In this document: positions 19,725 to 28,916 of the stretch, piece by piece
Numbering within the stretch: position 1 is the stretch's first letter
Layout of the letters: each line of letters starts with the position of its first letter
Source of the DNA: Myxococcota bacterium
Lineage (GTDB): Bacteria > Myxococcota_A > SURF-8
DNA: 64,000 nt
Direction: 5' to 3'
NCBI GenBank assembly: GCA_963674735.2
Contig: CAXXQS010000002.1
Coordinates: 1,568,001-1,632,000 of the forward strand
The notes under the pieces: generated by a model
The model's database searches: none
Told to the model about the DNA's origin: nothing
Seen by the model: only the letters and a program-made list of their open reading frames with translations
Position numbers and translations under genes: made by a program

Positions 19725-21335
19725 GTGCCACCCGAGACAAGGCGACAAACAAAACGGGGTTCTATCGCGCTGGTATGGCTGCTGGTGCTGGCCATGGGAG
19801 CGCTGTCCTGCGCCGGTGACCGGCAGGCCGTCAAACCCGATCCGCAGCCGGTGAGCGAAATCGCCCCGGTGGTTCCCGAGGAAGACGTCGAGCCGGAACC
19901 GGAAGCCGTCGAGCCCGACGCGGCGGCGGCGGATGACGCGGCAAGCGGCGACGCGACCCCGGCGGAGAAACCGTATCCTTATGAAGCGAGTGCGCGCTGT
20001 CAAGCCGACTTGGAGCGCGGTGTCGAACTGGCGGACGAGAATCCCTCGCTGGCGGCGTCGTCGCTGCGTGAGGCTTTGCGCAAAGATCCGGCCTGCTACC
20101 AGGCCGAAAATAACCTGGGGCTGCTGGCCCTGCGCCAAGGCGACGTGTCGGCGGCCATGAGTCGCTTCGAAAGCGCCTTGAAACGGAAACCCGACTATCC
20201 GCAGGCGATCTACAACCGCGCCGTGGTCTTCATCAAGCAAGGCCGCCTCGATCGGGCGTTGGGATTCGTCAAGGCCAAGTTGAAGGAATATCCGGATAAT
20301 CCGGCCATCCGCTCTATCATGGCCCGTGTGCTGGTGCAGGGTGGCGAATATTCGCGGGCCATCGAGCAGGCCAAGCAGGTGCTCCAAAAGGATGAGCAGA
20401 ACACCTCGGCGATGCTGTCGCTGGGTTGGGCTTTCTATTACCAGGGCAAGCATGAACTGGCCGACATGGTATTTCGCAATATCCTGGCCATCGATCAGAG
20501 TATTGCCGAAGCCCATTACGGGCGCGCCATCATCGCCCAGAAGGAGAACCGCCCGGCCGAAGCGCAGCAGGCGTTTATCGATGCCATCCGTTTCCGCCCG
20601 GCTTTCCCCGAAGCGCTCAACAACCTCGGCATCTATTATCTCGACACCAAAGAATTCGATAAGGCATTGGAATTCTTCGAGAAAGCGATTAGTTACAGCC
20701 CCGATTTCGCCGAAGCCTACTTGAGCATGGGCGCGGCCTATGCGGGTTTGGGAAAAGAAAAGGAAGCCCTGGAGGCTTACGACAAAAGCGAAAAGCTGGA
20801 TCCCGGCTTGAAAGAGGTGAACTTCAACCGCGGGTTGGTTTATCTGCAAATCACGCCGCCGATGCCGGAAAATGCCTCTCCCGACCAGGAAATCGCCTGG
20901 CAGCAGGCGCATATCGAGCGTTTGGGAGTGGCCAAAGGCTATCTGGGCAAGTATCAGCAGTCAATGGGATCGCTGCCGGAGGACGATCCGACCGTCGGAT
21001 ACATTCAGGAAATCGAAACCTCGGTCAAGTCGGCCGAACGCACCATCAAGCGCATCAAGCGCCGCCAGGAACGCGCGGCCAAGCGGCGTGCACGGGATGC
21101 CGAGCGAAAAGCCGAGGAAGCGGCCGCGGCGGCAGCGGAAGCGGAAGCGGCGGCACCCCCGGCTGAACCCGAGGCGACCCCGGCCGTTGAACCGGAAACG
21201 GCGCCCGCGTCCGAAGCGGAAGCGACCCCCGAACCCGAGGCGGTTCCGGCGCCTGAACCGGAAGCGATCCCGGAGCCGGAAGCCGCTCCCAGTGAGCCTG
21301 AGGAGACCTTTGAATTACCCCCGTCCGTGGAATGA
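19725..21335 (+). CDS. gltE: TPR lipoprotein, GltE (AglT)-like
   Basis: GTG start behind GGGGAG; lipobox ALSC; tandem TPRs (AENNLG, AIYNRA, ALNNLG); charged coiled coil and Pro/Glu/Ala-rich tail; lies between gltD- and gltF-like genes. Confidence 0.75.
   Translation: MPPETRRQTKRGSIALVWLLVLAMGALSCAGDRQAVKPDPQPVSEIAPVVPEEDVEPEPEAVEPDAAAADDAASGDATPAEKPYPYEASARCQADLERGVELADENPSLAASSLREALRKDPACYQAENNLGLLALRQGDVSAAMSRFESALKRKPDYPQAIYNRAVVFIKQGRLDRALGFVKAKLKEYPDNPAIRSIMARVLVQGGEYSRAIEQAKQVLQKDEQNTSAMLSLGWAFYYQGKHELADMVFRNILAIDQSIAEAHYGRAIIAQKENRPAEAQQAFIDAIRFRPAFPEALNNLGIYYLDTKEFDKALEFFEKAISYSPDFAEAYLSMGAAYAGLGKEKEALEAYDKSEKLDPGLKEVNFNRGLVYLQITPPMPENASPDQEIAWQQAHIERLGVAKGYLGKYQQSMGSLPEDDPTVGYIQEIETSVKSAERTIKRIKRRQERAAKRRARDAERKAEEAAAAAAEAEAAAPPAEPEATPAVEPETAPASEAEATPEPEAVPAPEPEAIPEPEAAPSEPEETFELPPSVE
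21160..21305 (+). repeat. Low-complexity EPEA(T/V/I/A)P repeats in the GltE-like C-terminal tail
   Basis: Translation AEPEATPAVEPETAPASEAEATPEPEAVPAPEPEAIPEPEAAPSEPEE; degenerate gaacc(c/g)ga(a/g)gcg units in the DNA. Confidence 0.7.
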
Positions 21336-21456
21336 TAACAAACCAGGAAAGGGATAAAATCGTTGGAAATGAAAAGGCCTAGGTTATTAATATCGCAGGA
21401 AAAAAATAACTTGAAATCGTTCATGGATTAATATATGATCCAGGCCTTGATTTTCG

Positions 21457-21726
21457 ATGACACTAAAGATGAATAGAATCATTAAGAAAATTTACTGGTT
21501 AACTCTGGTTTTAGTCCTTTTAGGTGGGTTTTTAACTCCCGAGGACGCCGATGCGCGAAGGCAACGTCGCATCGTTTTCGAAGAAGGTACGGAGGTTCGC
21601 GGCAAGATCATTCGCCCGGAAATGTCGTTGATCCTCCAGCGCTCCAAGATCAATTACGATGCGTTGAAGTTGAAAGAAAGCTTTCTTCCGCGCATTATCC
21701 GATCAGTCAAACAGGAGCCCTTTTAG
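21457..21726 (+). CDS. gltF: Small exported protein, GltF (CglF)-like
   Basis: Signal peptide, then IVFEEGTEVRGKIIRPEMSLILQRSKINYDALKLKESFLPRIIRSVKQEPF, matching the GltF-family pattern; position after gltE. Start may be 21469. Confidence 0.72.
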   Translation: MTLKMNRIIKKIYWLTLVLVLLGGFLTPEDADARRQRRIVFEEGTEVRGKIIRPEMSLILQRSKINYDALKLKESFLPRIIRSVKQEPF

Positions 21727-21863
21727 GCGGTCAGCCAGCCGACATGTTGGAGAGGTGGGCCTCGCGGTGGAAAACACTACCCTAGGCTTGCGTAGGCATA
21801 TTTCGTGATATTGTTGATTTTACACAGTGTAGACGTCAACGTTTAAGGAGGAGGTTGTATAAG

Positions 21864-22508
21864 ATGGGCGCTATCCAGAAATTCATGGAAGAGGGCGGGC
21901 CGTTTATGTACATCATTGCCGCCGTGTCGGTCATTGCCCTGGCCATCATGGTGGAACGGTTTGTGTTCCTGTTCTTCCGCTTCAACATCAATGCCAATGC
22001 CTTCATGAGCCAGGTTCAGAAGCTGGTTATGGCCAACAACATCGACCGGGCCATCAAGCTTTGCAACGCGGCGGCCACCGCGGCGCTGCCGAAGGTCATC
22101 AAGGCCGGTCTGACCCGTGCCAACAAAGGTGAGATCGAGATTCACAACGCCATCGAAGAGGCGTCTCTCGAAGTGCTGCCGATGATCCAGAAGCGCACCA
22201 ATTCCCTGGTCAACCTGGCGCAGATCGCCACGTACCTGGGACTGCTGGGAACCATCTTCGGTATGATCCAGGCCTTCGAGGCGGTGGCTTCGGCTGCTCC
22301 GGAACAAAAAGCGACGGCTCTGGCCAGCGCCATTTCGATCGCCATGAACACCACGGCGCTCGGTCTGATGGTTGCGGTTCCCTGCATGGCCGTGCATCTG
22401 TTCCTGTCCAACGTGACCCAGAAGATCATCCAGGAGATCGATCAGTATTCCGTGAAACTGGAAAATCTGCTGGTGTCCCGCGGCAAAGGTTCGGCCCTGG
22501 AGGGCTAA
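21864..22508 (+). CDS. aglR: MotA/TolQ/ExbB proton-channel subunit, AglR-like
   Basis: Three TM helices; ATYLGLLGTIFGMIQAF and ISIAMNTTALGLMVAVP motifs; ATG 21864 behind GGAGGAGG. Confidence 0.9.
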   Translation: MGAIQKFMEEGGPFMYIIAAVSVIALAIMVERFVFLFFRFNINANAFMSQVQKLVMANNIDRAIKLCNAAATAALPKVIKAGLTRANKGEIEIHNAIEEASLEVLPMIQKRTNSLVNLAQIATYLGLLGTIFGMIQAFEAVASAAPEQKATALASAISIAMNTTALGLMVAVPCMAVHLFLSNVTQKIIQEIDQYSVKLENLLVSRGKGSALEG

Positions 22509-22542
22509 TCCCCCGACTGGCGTAACTATTAAGGGGTGACCC

Positions 22543-23244
22543 ATGGCGAGAACTGACAAGTACAAAAAGGTCGTTGATCAGGGTGAGGTCGATCTGGTTC
22601 CTTTCATGAACCTGCTGGCCATTCTGATTCCGGCTTTGATGATCTCTACCGAGTACATCAAAATCGCCACCATCGCCGTTGCTTCGCCACGGATCGGGCC
22701 GAAGGCCGAAGCGGTCCAGAAGCCTGACGAGAATCCGCCGTTGAACCTGAGCATCATGCTTAGCTCCAACGGAATGTACATCGCGTCCGCCAACAACGTG
22801 TTGCCTGGAGCGGAACAGGGTGCCACGGCCCAGCCCGGCCCCACGATTCCCAAGGTGAACGTAACCGTTTACCGGGCTCGCGATGTCAGCGGGAAGGTGA
22901 AGGAACTGGCCAGAGTGTGGAATTACAAAGGAAAAAAATTCAACCTGGGAGTACGAGAAATCGTCCAGGAGGATTTTTCCCATCGGCTTGAACTTCTCAA
23001 AGAGCAATACGGCTCGGTGCAGATGTCGGAGGAGTTGGACTTCAACTACCCGGCTCTAAACGAGAAGTTGCAAGTCATCAAGAAGGCGTTTAAGGACGAA
23101 AAACAGGTGATCATTTCGGCGGATCCGCAGATCCCGTTCAAAACGGTCATTCGTATTATGGATGCCTCTCGCTCGTTTACCAACGATGCCGGCGAAAAAG
23201 AGTTCCTCTTTCCGCAGGTGGTGTTGAGTGCGGGTGTTGTCTAA
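22543..23244 (+). CDS. aglQ: ExbD/TolR-family subunit, AglQ-like (Asn at the conserved Asp position)
   Basis: N-terminal TM DLVPFMNLLAILIPALM; C-terminal VIISADPQIPFKTVIRIMDASR...LFPQVVLS. Confidence 0.82.
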   Translation: MARTDKYKKVVDQGEVDLVPFMNLLAILIPALMISTEYIKIATIAVASPRIGPKAEAVQKPDENPPLNLSIMLSSNGMYIASANNVLPGAEQGATAQPGPTIPKVNVTVYRARDVSGKVKELARVWNYKGKKFNLGVREIVQEDFSHRLELLKEQYGSVQMSEELDFNYPALNEKLQVIKKAFKDEKQVIISADPQIPFKTVIRIMDASRSFTNDAGEKEFLFPQVVLSAGVV

Positions 23245-23317
23245 ACCTTCGTCTGCAGCCTTTTTTGGGACGGGTGTGAAAGCACCGGTTTCCGGGTAAC
23301 ATGAAGGAGTTGATCGC

Positions 23318-23917
23318 ATGAGCGACGCCAACAGCAAAAAAGCTTCGGTGAAGCAGATGACCCCGGAGGAGCTTGAGGCTCTCGAAGACGCGCACAAGGT
23401 GCAGAAGAAGCGTAAGGCCTCGGCCAAGCGCCATCGGAGCTCCGGTGCGCAATCGATGAGTATCACCTCCTTGATGGACATTATGACCATCCTCCTGGTG
23501 TTCATGCTCAAGAATTACGCTACCAATCCGATGAACGTCAATCCGTCGTCGGACCTGAATCTCGTGCAGTCGCTCGAAACCCAGGAAAATCACGTGCAGC
23601 TCACATCGCTGGCGATCACGGAGAAGCACATCCTGGTGGACGACAAACCGGTGGTCCAGGTTAAGGACGGTAAGGTATCGGCTACCGCCAAACGCGAGGG
23701 TGAAGATGGTTATTTCATCACGCCCTTGTTCGATGCCTTGCAGGAAGCGGCCGACCATCAGAAAAAGCTGTCTCAGTACAACGCGAATGTGAAGTTCACG
23801 GGCCGTATGCTGATCATCGGCGACGAAAAAGCGCCCTATCGTCTTCTCTCGGAAGTCTTGTACACTTCGGGACAAGCTGAGTTCAGCGAATTCGAGTTCG
23901 CCGTTATCAGGATGTAA
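23318..23917 (+). CDS. aglS: ExbD/TolR-family subunit, AglS-like
   Basis: MSITSLMDIMTILLVFMLKNY TM with conserved Asp; IIGDEKAPYRLLSEVLYTSGQAEF typical of AglS. Confidence 0.87.
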   Translation: MSDANSKKASVKQMTPEELEALEDAHKVQKKRKASAKRHRSSGAQSMSITSLMDIMTILLVFMLKNYATNPMNVNPSSDLNLVQSLETQENHVQLTSLAITEKHILVDDKPVVQVKDGKVSATAKREGEDGYFITPLFDALQEAADHQKKLSQYNANVKFTGRMLIIGDEKAPYRLLSEVLYTSGQAEFSEFEFAVIRM

Positions 23918-24140
23918 CGAAAACCATAATCGGTGGGCGGGTGTCTGTTTCCTGTAAAGGGGACAGATGCCCGCGGCCGGATATCTAGCGATGGGATAGT
24001 TTTAAACGCGGTTTTGGCTTGGTTCGAATTGCGAAAATTTGCCAAAGGCGCGCCTGTTGCTGACAGTCGTTTCGTTCATTAGGTCATGGAGAGTTGATAA
24101 GCTTCGTAATGAAGTTGAACCTATGGAAAGGAACGTTTGA

Positions 24141-25517
24141 ATGACCACGAAACAATCCGGAAAAATCCTACGGATTGGTGTTATCCAGGGTGGTCGGATC
24201 ATCGAGGAGCGTTTTTTTCGTAAACGGGAAACCATAACCGTCGGCGAATCTCCGCGATGCACGTTTATTCTTCCGTTTTCAGAATTACCCATTCCTAAGT
24301 TATATCCACTATTTGTTGTAAAAAACAACCGATACGAGCTCCAATATAACAAGGCCATATCCGGTAAGATTTCGGTGGGCAGCGATGTCGCCGATCTGGG
24401 CCAGCTCGCCTCCTCGGGTAAAGCGAAAAGCAAGGGCAATGCGTTCCTGGTTTCGCTTGATGATACCATGCGTGGCAAGGTGACCATAGGTGAGGTGACC
24501 ATTCTGTTCCAGTTCGTTCAGGCTCCGCCGCTACCGGCCAAGCCCAAGTTGCCCTCTTCCATTCGCGGTGGGTGGGTCAAGTCGATCGACTGGGTGTATG
24601 TTGGTGTTTTATTTACATCTTTTATCATGCATGCCGGTCTTTTCGGTTATGCTTCGACCTATCCCATCCCCAAAACAGTCGCGCTCGATATGGTGGCGGA
24701 ACGATTTGCGAAAATCATCGCGACCGATATGCCGAAGATGGAAAAAGAAGAGGTGACACTCGAGGGCGAAGGGGAAGGCGCGAAGAAAGAAGAAGACGCC
24801 AAGCCCAAGGGCGACAAGAAAAAAGAAGATGCCGGCAAAGCCAAGAAAGAGATGAGCGCCCAGGAGCGCGCTGAAGCGGCGGCACGGCGCAAGGCCGAAA
24901 TCGCCAAGAAAGTCGCCGGTGCCGGTTTGGTCGCCTTGCTGACCGCCAAAGGTCCCGCAGGGGAAGGTGGTATGGTGGCGCTGGCCGATACCCTGTCGGA
25001 GGGCGGTCGTTTCGGCAACATCGACGATATGATGCAGGGTGTGACTGGTCTGGGCATCGCGGAAAAAGCCACCGAGCGTGGACGACGCGGCGGTGGCGGC
25101 GGCGGTCCGGAAAGCAAAGAAATCAGCAATGTCGGTGTCGGCGAAGGCGGAAAGGCCGATCTGGCCGGGCGAGCGGAAAAAACCATCAAAGCTTCGGCCA
25201 GCCTCGGTTCGCTGGATGTCGATGGCGCGCTGGACAGCTCGGCTATCAAACGTGTGGTGAAGCGCAACCTGCCCTCCATCAAGCATTGCTACGAACAGGA
25301 ATTACGCCGCAATCCCAAGCTGGCCGGTAAAGTGACGGTCGAATTCACGGTGGCGGTTACCGGTGCGATTTCGGGCACCGAAGTGGTCTCCAGTTCGCTT
25401 AACAATCGCGCGGTCGAGGGCTGTATCGTCAAGACCATTCGCCGGTGGCGTTTCCCGAAACCTGAGGACGGCGACGTGATTATCACGTATCCCTTCATTT
25501 TCCAGGCCAGTCGCTGA
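24141..25517 (+). CDS. gltG: TonB-like energy transducer with AgmX/PglI C-terminal domain, GltG-like
   Basis: Cytoplasmic FHA-like beta domain, single TM with SFIMH (SxxxH), Lys/Glu- and Gly-rich periplasmic linker, TonB_C-like IKHCYEQELRRNPKLAGKV...RWRFPKP...YPFIF. Confidence 0.85.
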   Translation: MTTKQSGKILRIGVIQGGRIIEERFFRKRETITVGESPRCTFILPFSELPIPKLYPLFVVKNNRYELQYNKAISGKISVGSDVADLGQLASSGKAKSKGNAFLVSLDDTMRGKVTIGEVTILFQFVQAPPLPAKPKLPSSIRGGWVKSIDWVYVGVLFTSFIMHAGLFGYASTYPIPKTVALDMVAERFAKIIATDMPKMEKEEVTLEGEGEGAKKEEDAKPKGDKKKEDAGKAKKEMSAQERAEAAARRKAEIAKKVAGAGLVALLTAKGPAGEGGMVALADTLSEGGRFGNIDDMMQGVTGLGIAEKATERGRRGGGGGGPESKEISNVGVGEGGKADLAGRAEKTIKASASLGSLDVDGALDSSAIKRVVKRNLPSIKHCYEQELRRNPKLAGKVTVEFTVAVTGAISGTEVVSSSLNNRAVEGCIVKTIRRWRFPKPEDGDVIITYPFIFQASR

Positions 25518-25560
25518 CGGCTCGCAGATATACCCGATTTTCGGGTCTATGAAAAAAATC

Positions 25561-25599
25561 AAACGGAGTACCGAACTTTTAGCGGTGACTCCGTTTTTT
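25561..25599 (+). terminator. Rho-independent terminator after gltG
   Basis: aaacggagt-accg...cggt-g-actccgttt stem followed by a T run. Confidence 0.65.
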
Positions 25600-25850
25600 A
25601 TTGTAGAAAACACTAAAGATTTCGGCTCGTTTTGACGTTATGTATTTTAGATTGATCCAAACGTTCCGATAAGAACACCCATATATGGGTTGAGCAGGAA
25701 AGCGGCCCGGGTTGTGAGGAATCCGGATTTGCGCTCAATCGGAAAAAATGTGTGATTTTGGGTTGATAACTTTTTTAAGAGCGGCTACAATACGTATCTC
25801 GGTAATGAAAAGAGCGGGGTATGGCTTTGACCGCAGAAGGGGATTGCACC

Positions 25851-26465
25851 ATGAGAGCGTTTCAGCCTCGTATTGCCGTTGTGGCCATCGGAATCCTCAC
25901 GCTTTTATTGTTCTCGGCCGACCTGTTTGCTCAGTCGCGCGGAGCGTGTAAAGGCAAAGCAGACCAAACCATGGCCGATCTCGATAAATGGATCGGCGAG
26001 TACGAAGGCCAGATGTCCTCGGCTGAGCCGGTGCAGAAGGCGAAATACGAGGAATGGATCAACGAGCTTAAAAAACTGAAAACGCTGGTTGCTCAGGCCA
26101 AAGAAAAACTGGCCAACAAAGAGCAGTGCTCCAGCGAAGAGTGCGTGAAGGATCAGTGCAGTCTGGTTGATATCGCCGATCAGCAGGTCGCGCAGTTGAT
26201 CAAGGAAACGGAAGAACAACTGGGTTCCGGAACGCGCTTTGGTGAAGAAGGCGGGCGCGACGTGGTCAAAGATGCCGGTACCCTGGGCGATGATACGATG
26301 CTGGCCGGTACGGATCCTAACGACGCAGGGCAGCCGACGATCGGAGAAGAATCGGAGACTTCCGATAATCCGACGGATGGAGGCATCGGAAATGTGTTTC
26401 CCGATGCCGGAGTGGATTCCGGGCTTTCAACCGAGAATCCGAAAGATGAGGCGAGTGCCCAATAG
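25851..26465 (+). CDS. Exported helical protein with four Cys and an acidic disordered tail
   Basis: Start at ATG 25851; signal peptide; coiled-coil region; D/E/G-rich C-terminus; lies between gltG and the beta-barrel gene. Confidence 0.7.
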   Translation: MRAFQPRIAVVAIGILTLLLFSADLFAQSRGACKGKADQTMADLDKWIGEYEGQMSSAEPVQKAKYEEWINELKKLKTLVAQAKEKLANKEQCSSEECVKDQCSLVDIADQQVAQLIKETEEQLGSGTRFGEEGGRDVVKDAGTLGDDTMLAGTDPNDAGQPTIGEESETSDNPTDGGIGNVFPDAGVDSGLSTENPKDEASAQ

Positions 26466-26655
26466 CTGAAACGCTGGGGCTTTTCTCTGATTGATTGTTT
26501 ATCAGCGGATAACCGCTAACCGATAGTCGTCCCGTAGCTGTAAGGGCGGGGGTCGTTCTGGCAGACGTCAGAAGGCAAGCCGGTATTAATCGGTTTGCCG
26601 TTGTTTACGGCGTTGGTTTGGGTTTTCACTAATCCTTAGCGAGGGTTAGCTTCTT

Positions 26656-28107
26656 ATGCAGGGACATAAAACGTCAGCTTATCTGAGATTCTGGGCTTTG
26701 GTCTGTTTGTTTCTCATGGCCGCGCCGGCTGCCTGGGCACAACAGCAGACGGCAATGGAAGCGCAGGAAGTTTCGGCCGAACGTGAACGTGGGTTCAAGG
26801 TGGGTAAGCTGCGGCTGCATCCAGGCTTGAGCTTGCAAAACGTGTTCGACAGTAACGTTTCGAACGCTTCCGACCGCTACGACAATGCCGACTATCTGGC
26901 TCGCTATTTTCCTAGCGGGCGCGGGAATAACGGCCCACAGAGCAACTACGATGACGTGTTGCATATCGTGGGTGCCTTCAAGCTCGATTACCCGGACGAC
27001 ACCGTGGCGGTGACGCTGGATACTCAGCTCGGCTACGTGCGGTACTTCGGCATCGACAACAGTGACACCAGCAATCTTTCCAGCCTTTCAGCCTCGGGGC
27101 GCTTGACGGCCGATTTCTTCCGTGCTTCGGTGGTGGGTTTCACTCTTTCCGACACTTTCACCCGTTCCACCGACGTGCAGCAGGTGGGTTTGGCCGTGAC
27201 CAACGACCGGATTCACAACCGTGGACAAGCGCGCCTCAACATCCGTCCCGGCGGCGGGCAACTGCGCTTTTTCGTGGGTTACATCAACGATCTCGAAATA
27301 TACGACGATGATGCCCAGGCCAATCAGAACTGGCTGGAGCATACTTTCAACGCCGATTGGGAGCTTGAGTTCCTGCCCGAGACGGCGGTGTTCATGCGCA
27401 ACTCTTTTTCCATGCGCGATTATTACGACTTCGATGCCAACCGCGACGAAGATACCACGAATTCGGACTCGCCCGATGCCATGAGTCTGCGTATCACGGC
27501 CGGTATTTACGGTCGCATCGCGTCCTTTTTCCTGCTTAACCTCGCGGTCGGTTACGGCCGTTCCTTCTCGGATAATTTCGACGATTTCAACAGCGCGGTG
27601 GCCAAGGTCGAAGCGATTTTCCAGTTGGTCAGCCGAACCCAGTTCAAGGCCGGTTACGAACGCAGCTTCTCGCCGGTAACCACGTTTTCGTACCTAAACG
27701 AAGACAAATTGTACTTGGAGTTCCGTCAGTGGCTGTTCTCCGATGCCTTCAAGTTGTACCTGTACGGTGCGTATTCGTTCCTGAACTACGGCGGCACCGA
27801 TGCCGGAGTCGATGTGGACGATAACGCGGCCAACGTCTACTCGCTGGTCGACTTTCAGGCCGATGCCGGACTCGGCAAGCGTTCCGATCGTATGTTGTCG
27901 ACAACCGCCAGCCTGCGCTACGATTTCCTCGTCTGGCTGTGGATGGAACTTGGCTACAAGTTTACCTGGCGTGACACCGACTACTTCATCGAACGTATCA
28001 ATTCGGAGTTCGATCGCAACACGGATCCGAATCAGTTCTATGTCAGCGCGACCTATTACGATTTCATCAAGCACGAAGGATTTCTGAAGCTGACTTTCGC
28101 CTATTAG
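26656..28107 (+). CDS. Outer-membrane beta-barrel of a polysaccharide export system (Wzp/EpsX-like)
   Basis: Signal peptide; GFKVGKLRLHPGLSLQNVFDSNV start typical of polysaccharide-associated barrels; amphipathic beta-strands; BAM-type C-terminus LKLTFAY; directly upstream of wza. Confidence 0.78.
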   Translation: MQGHKTSAYLRFWALVCLFLMAAPAAWAQQQTAMEAQEVSAERERGFKVGKLRLHPGLSLQNVFDSNVSNASDRYDNADYLARYFPSGRGNNGPQSNYDDVLHIVGAFKLDYPDDTVAVTLDTQLGYVRYFGIDNSDTSNLSSLSASGRLTADFFRASVVGFTLSDTFTRSTDVQQVGLAVTNDRIHNRGQARLNIRPGGGQLRFFVGYINDLEIYDDDAQANQNWLEHTFNADWELEFLPETAVFMRNSFSMRDYYDFDANRDEDTTNSDSPDAMSLRITAGIYGRIASFFLLNLAVGYGRSFSDNFDDFNSAVAKVEAIFQLVSRTQFKAGYERSFSPVTTFSYLNEDKLYLEFRQWLFSDAFKLYLYGAYSFLNYGGTDAGVDVDDNAANVYSLVDFQADAGLGKRSDRMLSTTASLRYDFLVWLWMELGYKFTWRDTDYFIERINSEFDRNTDPNQFYVSATYYDFIKHEGFLKLTFAY

Positions 28108-28194
28108 CGCAGGATCGTCGGTATGACCTCCTTTCCGACCGCCCACCCGATCGTCATTCGGGAACGGACTGTGCCAATCCATTCAGGATGCCGT

Positions 28195-28824
28195 ATGAAC
28201 CGCTTGCCGTTACACACTGGTCTGTTGTTTGTTATGCTGGTGCTGATTCCGCTGATGGCCTCTTGCGTCTATGGCAAGAAAGCCCACACCCCGGCGCAGG
28301 GTCTGGCTGCCACTCCCCCCGATATTTTGAAGTCGGCCGCCACTTTGGGGCAGGATGACGTCTTCGAGGTGCGGGTGTTCGGCGAAAAAGAGCTGAGCAA
28401 TATCTATCGCATTTCGGATCGTGGAACCATCAGCTTTCCGCTCATCGGCGAAGTCAAGGTGGATGGCCTGACTCCCAGCCAGATCGAGGCGACCATCCAA
28501 AGCCGTCTGGAAAAAGATTTTCTGAATCAGGCTTTCGTTTCGGTTTTCGTCAAGGAATTCAATTCGAAGAAAATATTCGTGTTCGGCCAGGTTCAGAAGC
28601 CCGGCACTTTTCGCTATGAAGAAAACATGACGATCATCCAGGCCATTACGCTGGCAGGGGGATTTACCAAAACCGCCGGTAAAAACTCGGTTAGTGTCAC
28701 GCGGCTGGTCGAGCAGCAGGAACGGCGCATCGATGTCGAGATCGAACAGATTTGGAAAGGAAAAGCTCCCAACCTGGTTTTGCAGGCGGGAGATATCATT
28801 TTCATTCCCGAGACCCTGTTCTAG
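28195..28824 (+). CDS. wza: OPX polysaccharide export lipoprotein, short form lacking the C-terminal OM helix
   Basis: Lipobox LMASC; PES motif (GTISFPLIGEVKVDGLT); one SLBB domain (FVFGQVQKPG...AITLAGGFT); ends GDIIFIPETLF. Confidence 0.9.
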   Translation: MNRLPLHTGLLFVMLVLIPLMASCVYGKKAHTPAQGLAATPPDILKSAATLGQDDVFEVRVFGEKELSNIYRISDRGTISFPLIGEVKVDGLTPSQIEATIQSRLEKDFLNQAFVSVFVKEFNSKKIFVFGQVQKPGTFRYEENMTIIQAITLAGGFTKTAGKNSVSVTRLVEQQERRIDVEIEQIWKGKAPNLVLQAGDIIFIPETLF

Positions 28825-28916
28825 CACTTATTGAAGATGCATGGGCCGGTGGTCTGTACGGGACGCGTTTTTCATGCTGACTATCTTGTCGTTGAAGCGC
28901 TATCGAGGCGCGTTAT

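Noticed and set aside
15337-19752. 1471-aa minus-strand ORF, and similar long antisense ORFs such as 28881-31505, 33312-35252, 7084-8670 and 56098-57780
   Set aside because: They are antisense shadows of well-supported genes, expected in GC-rich DNA, and show no recognisable motifs.
23273-23286. GAAA-tetraloop hairpin (ggtgt-gaaa-gcacc) between aglQ and aglS
   Set aside because: A single 5-bp stem with no other riboswitch elements; could arise by chance.
21864-25517. Calling the channel genes flagellar MotAB, Tol-Pal or an ordinary TonB-ExbBD uptake system
   Set aside because: No OmpA-like PG-binding domain, no tolB/pal and no TonB-dependent receptor; two ExbD-like genes plus TPR and GltF/GltG context fit Agl-Glt.
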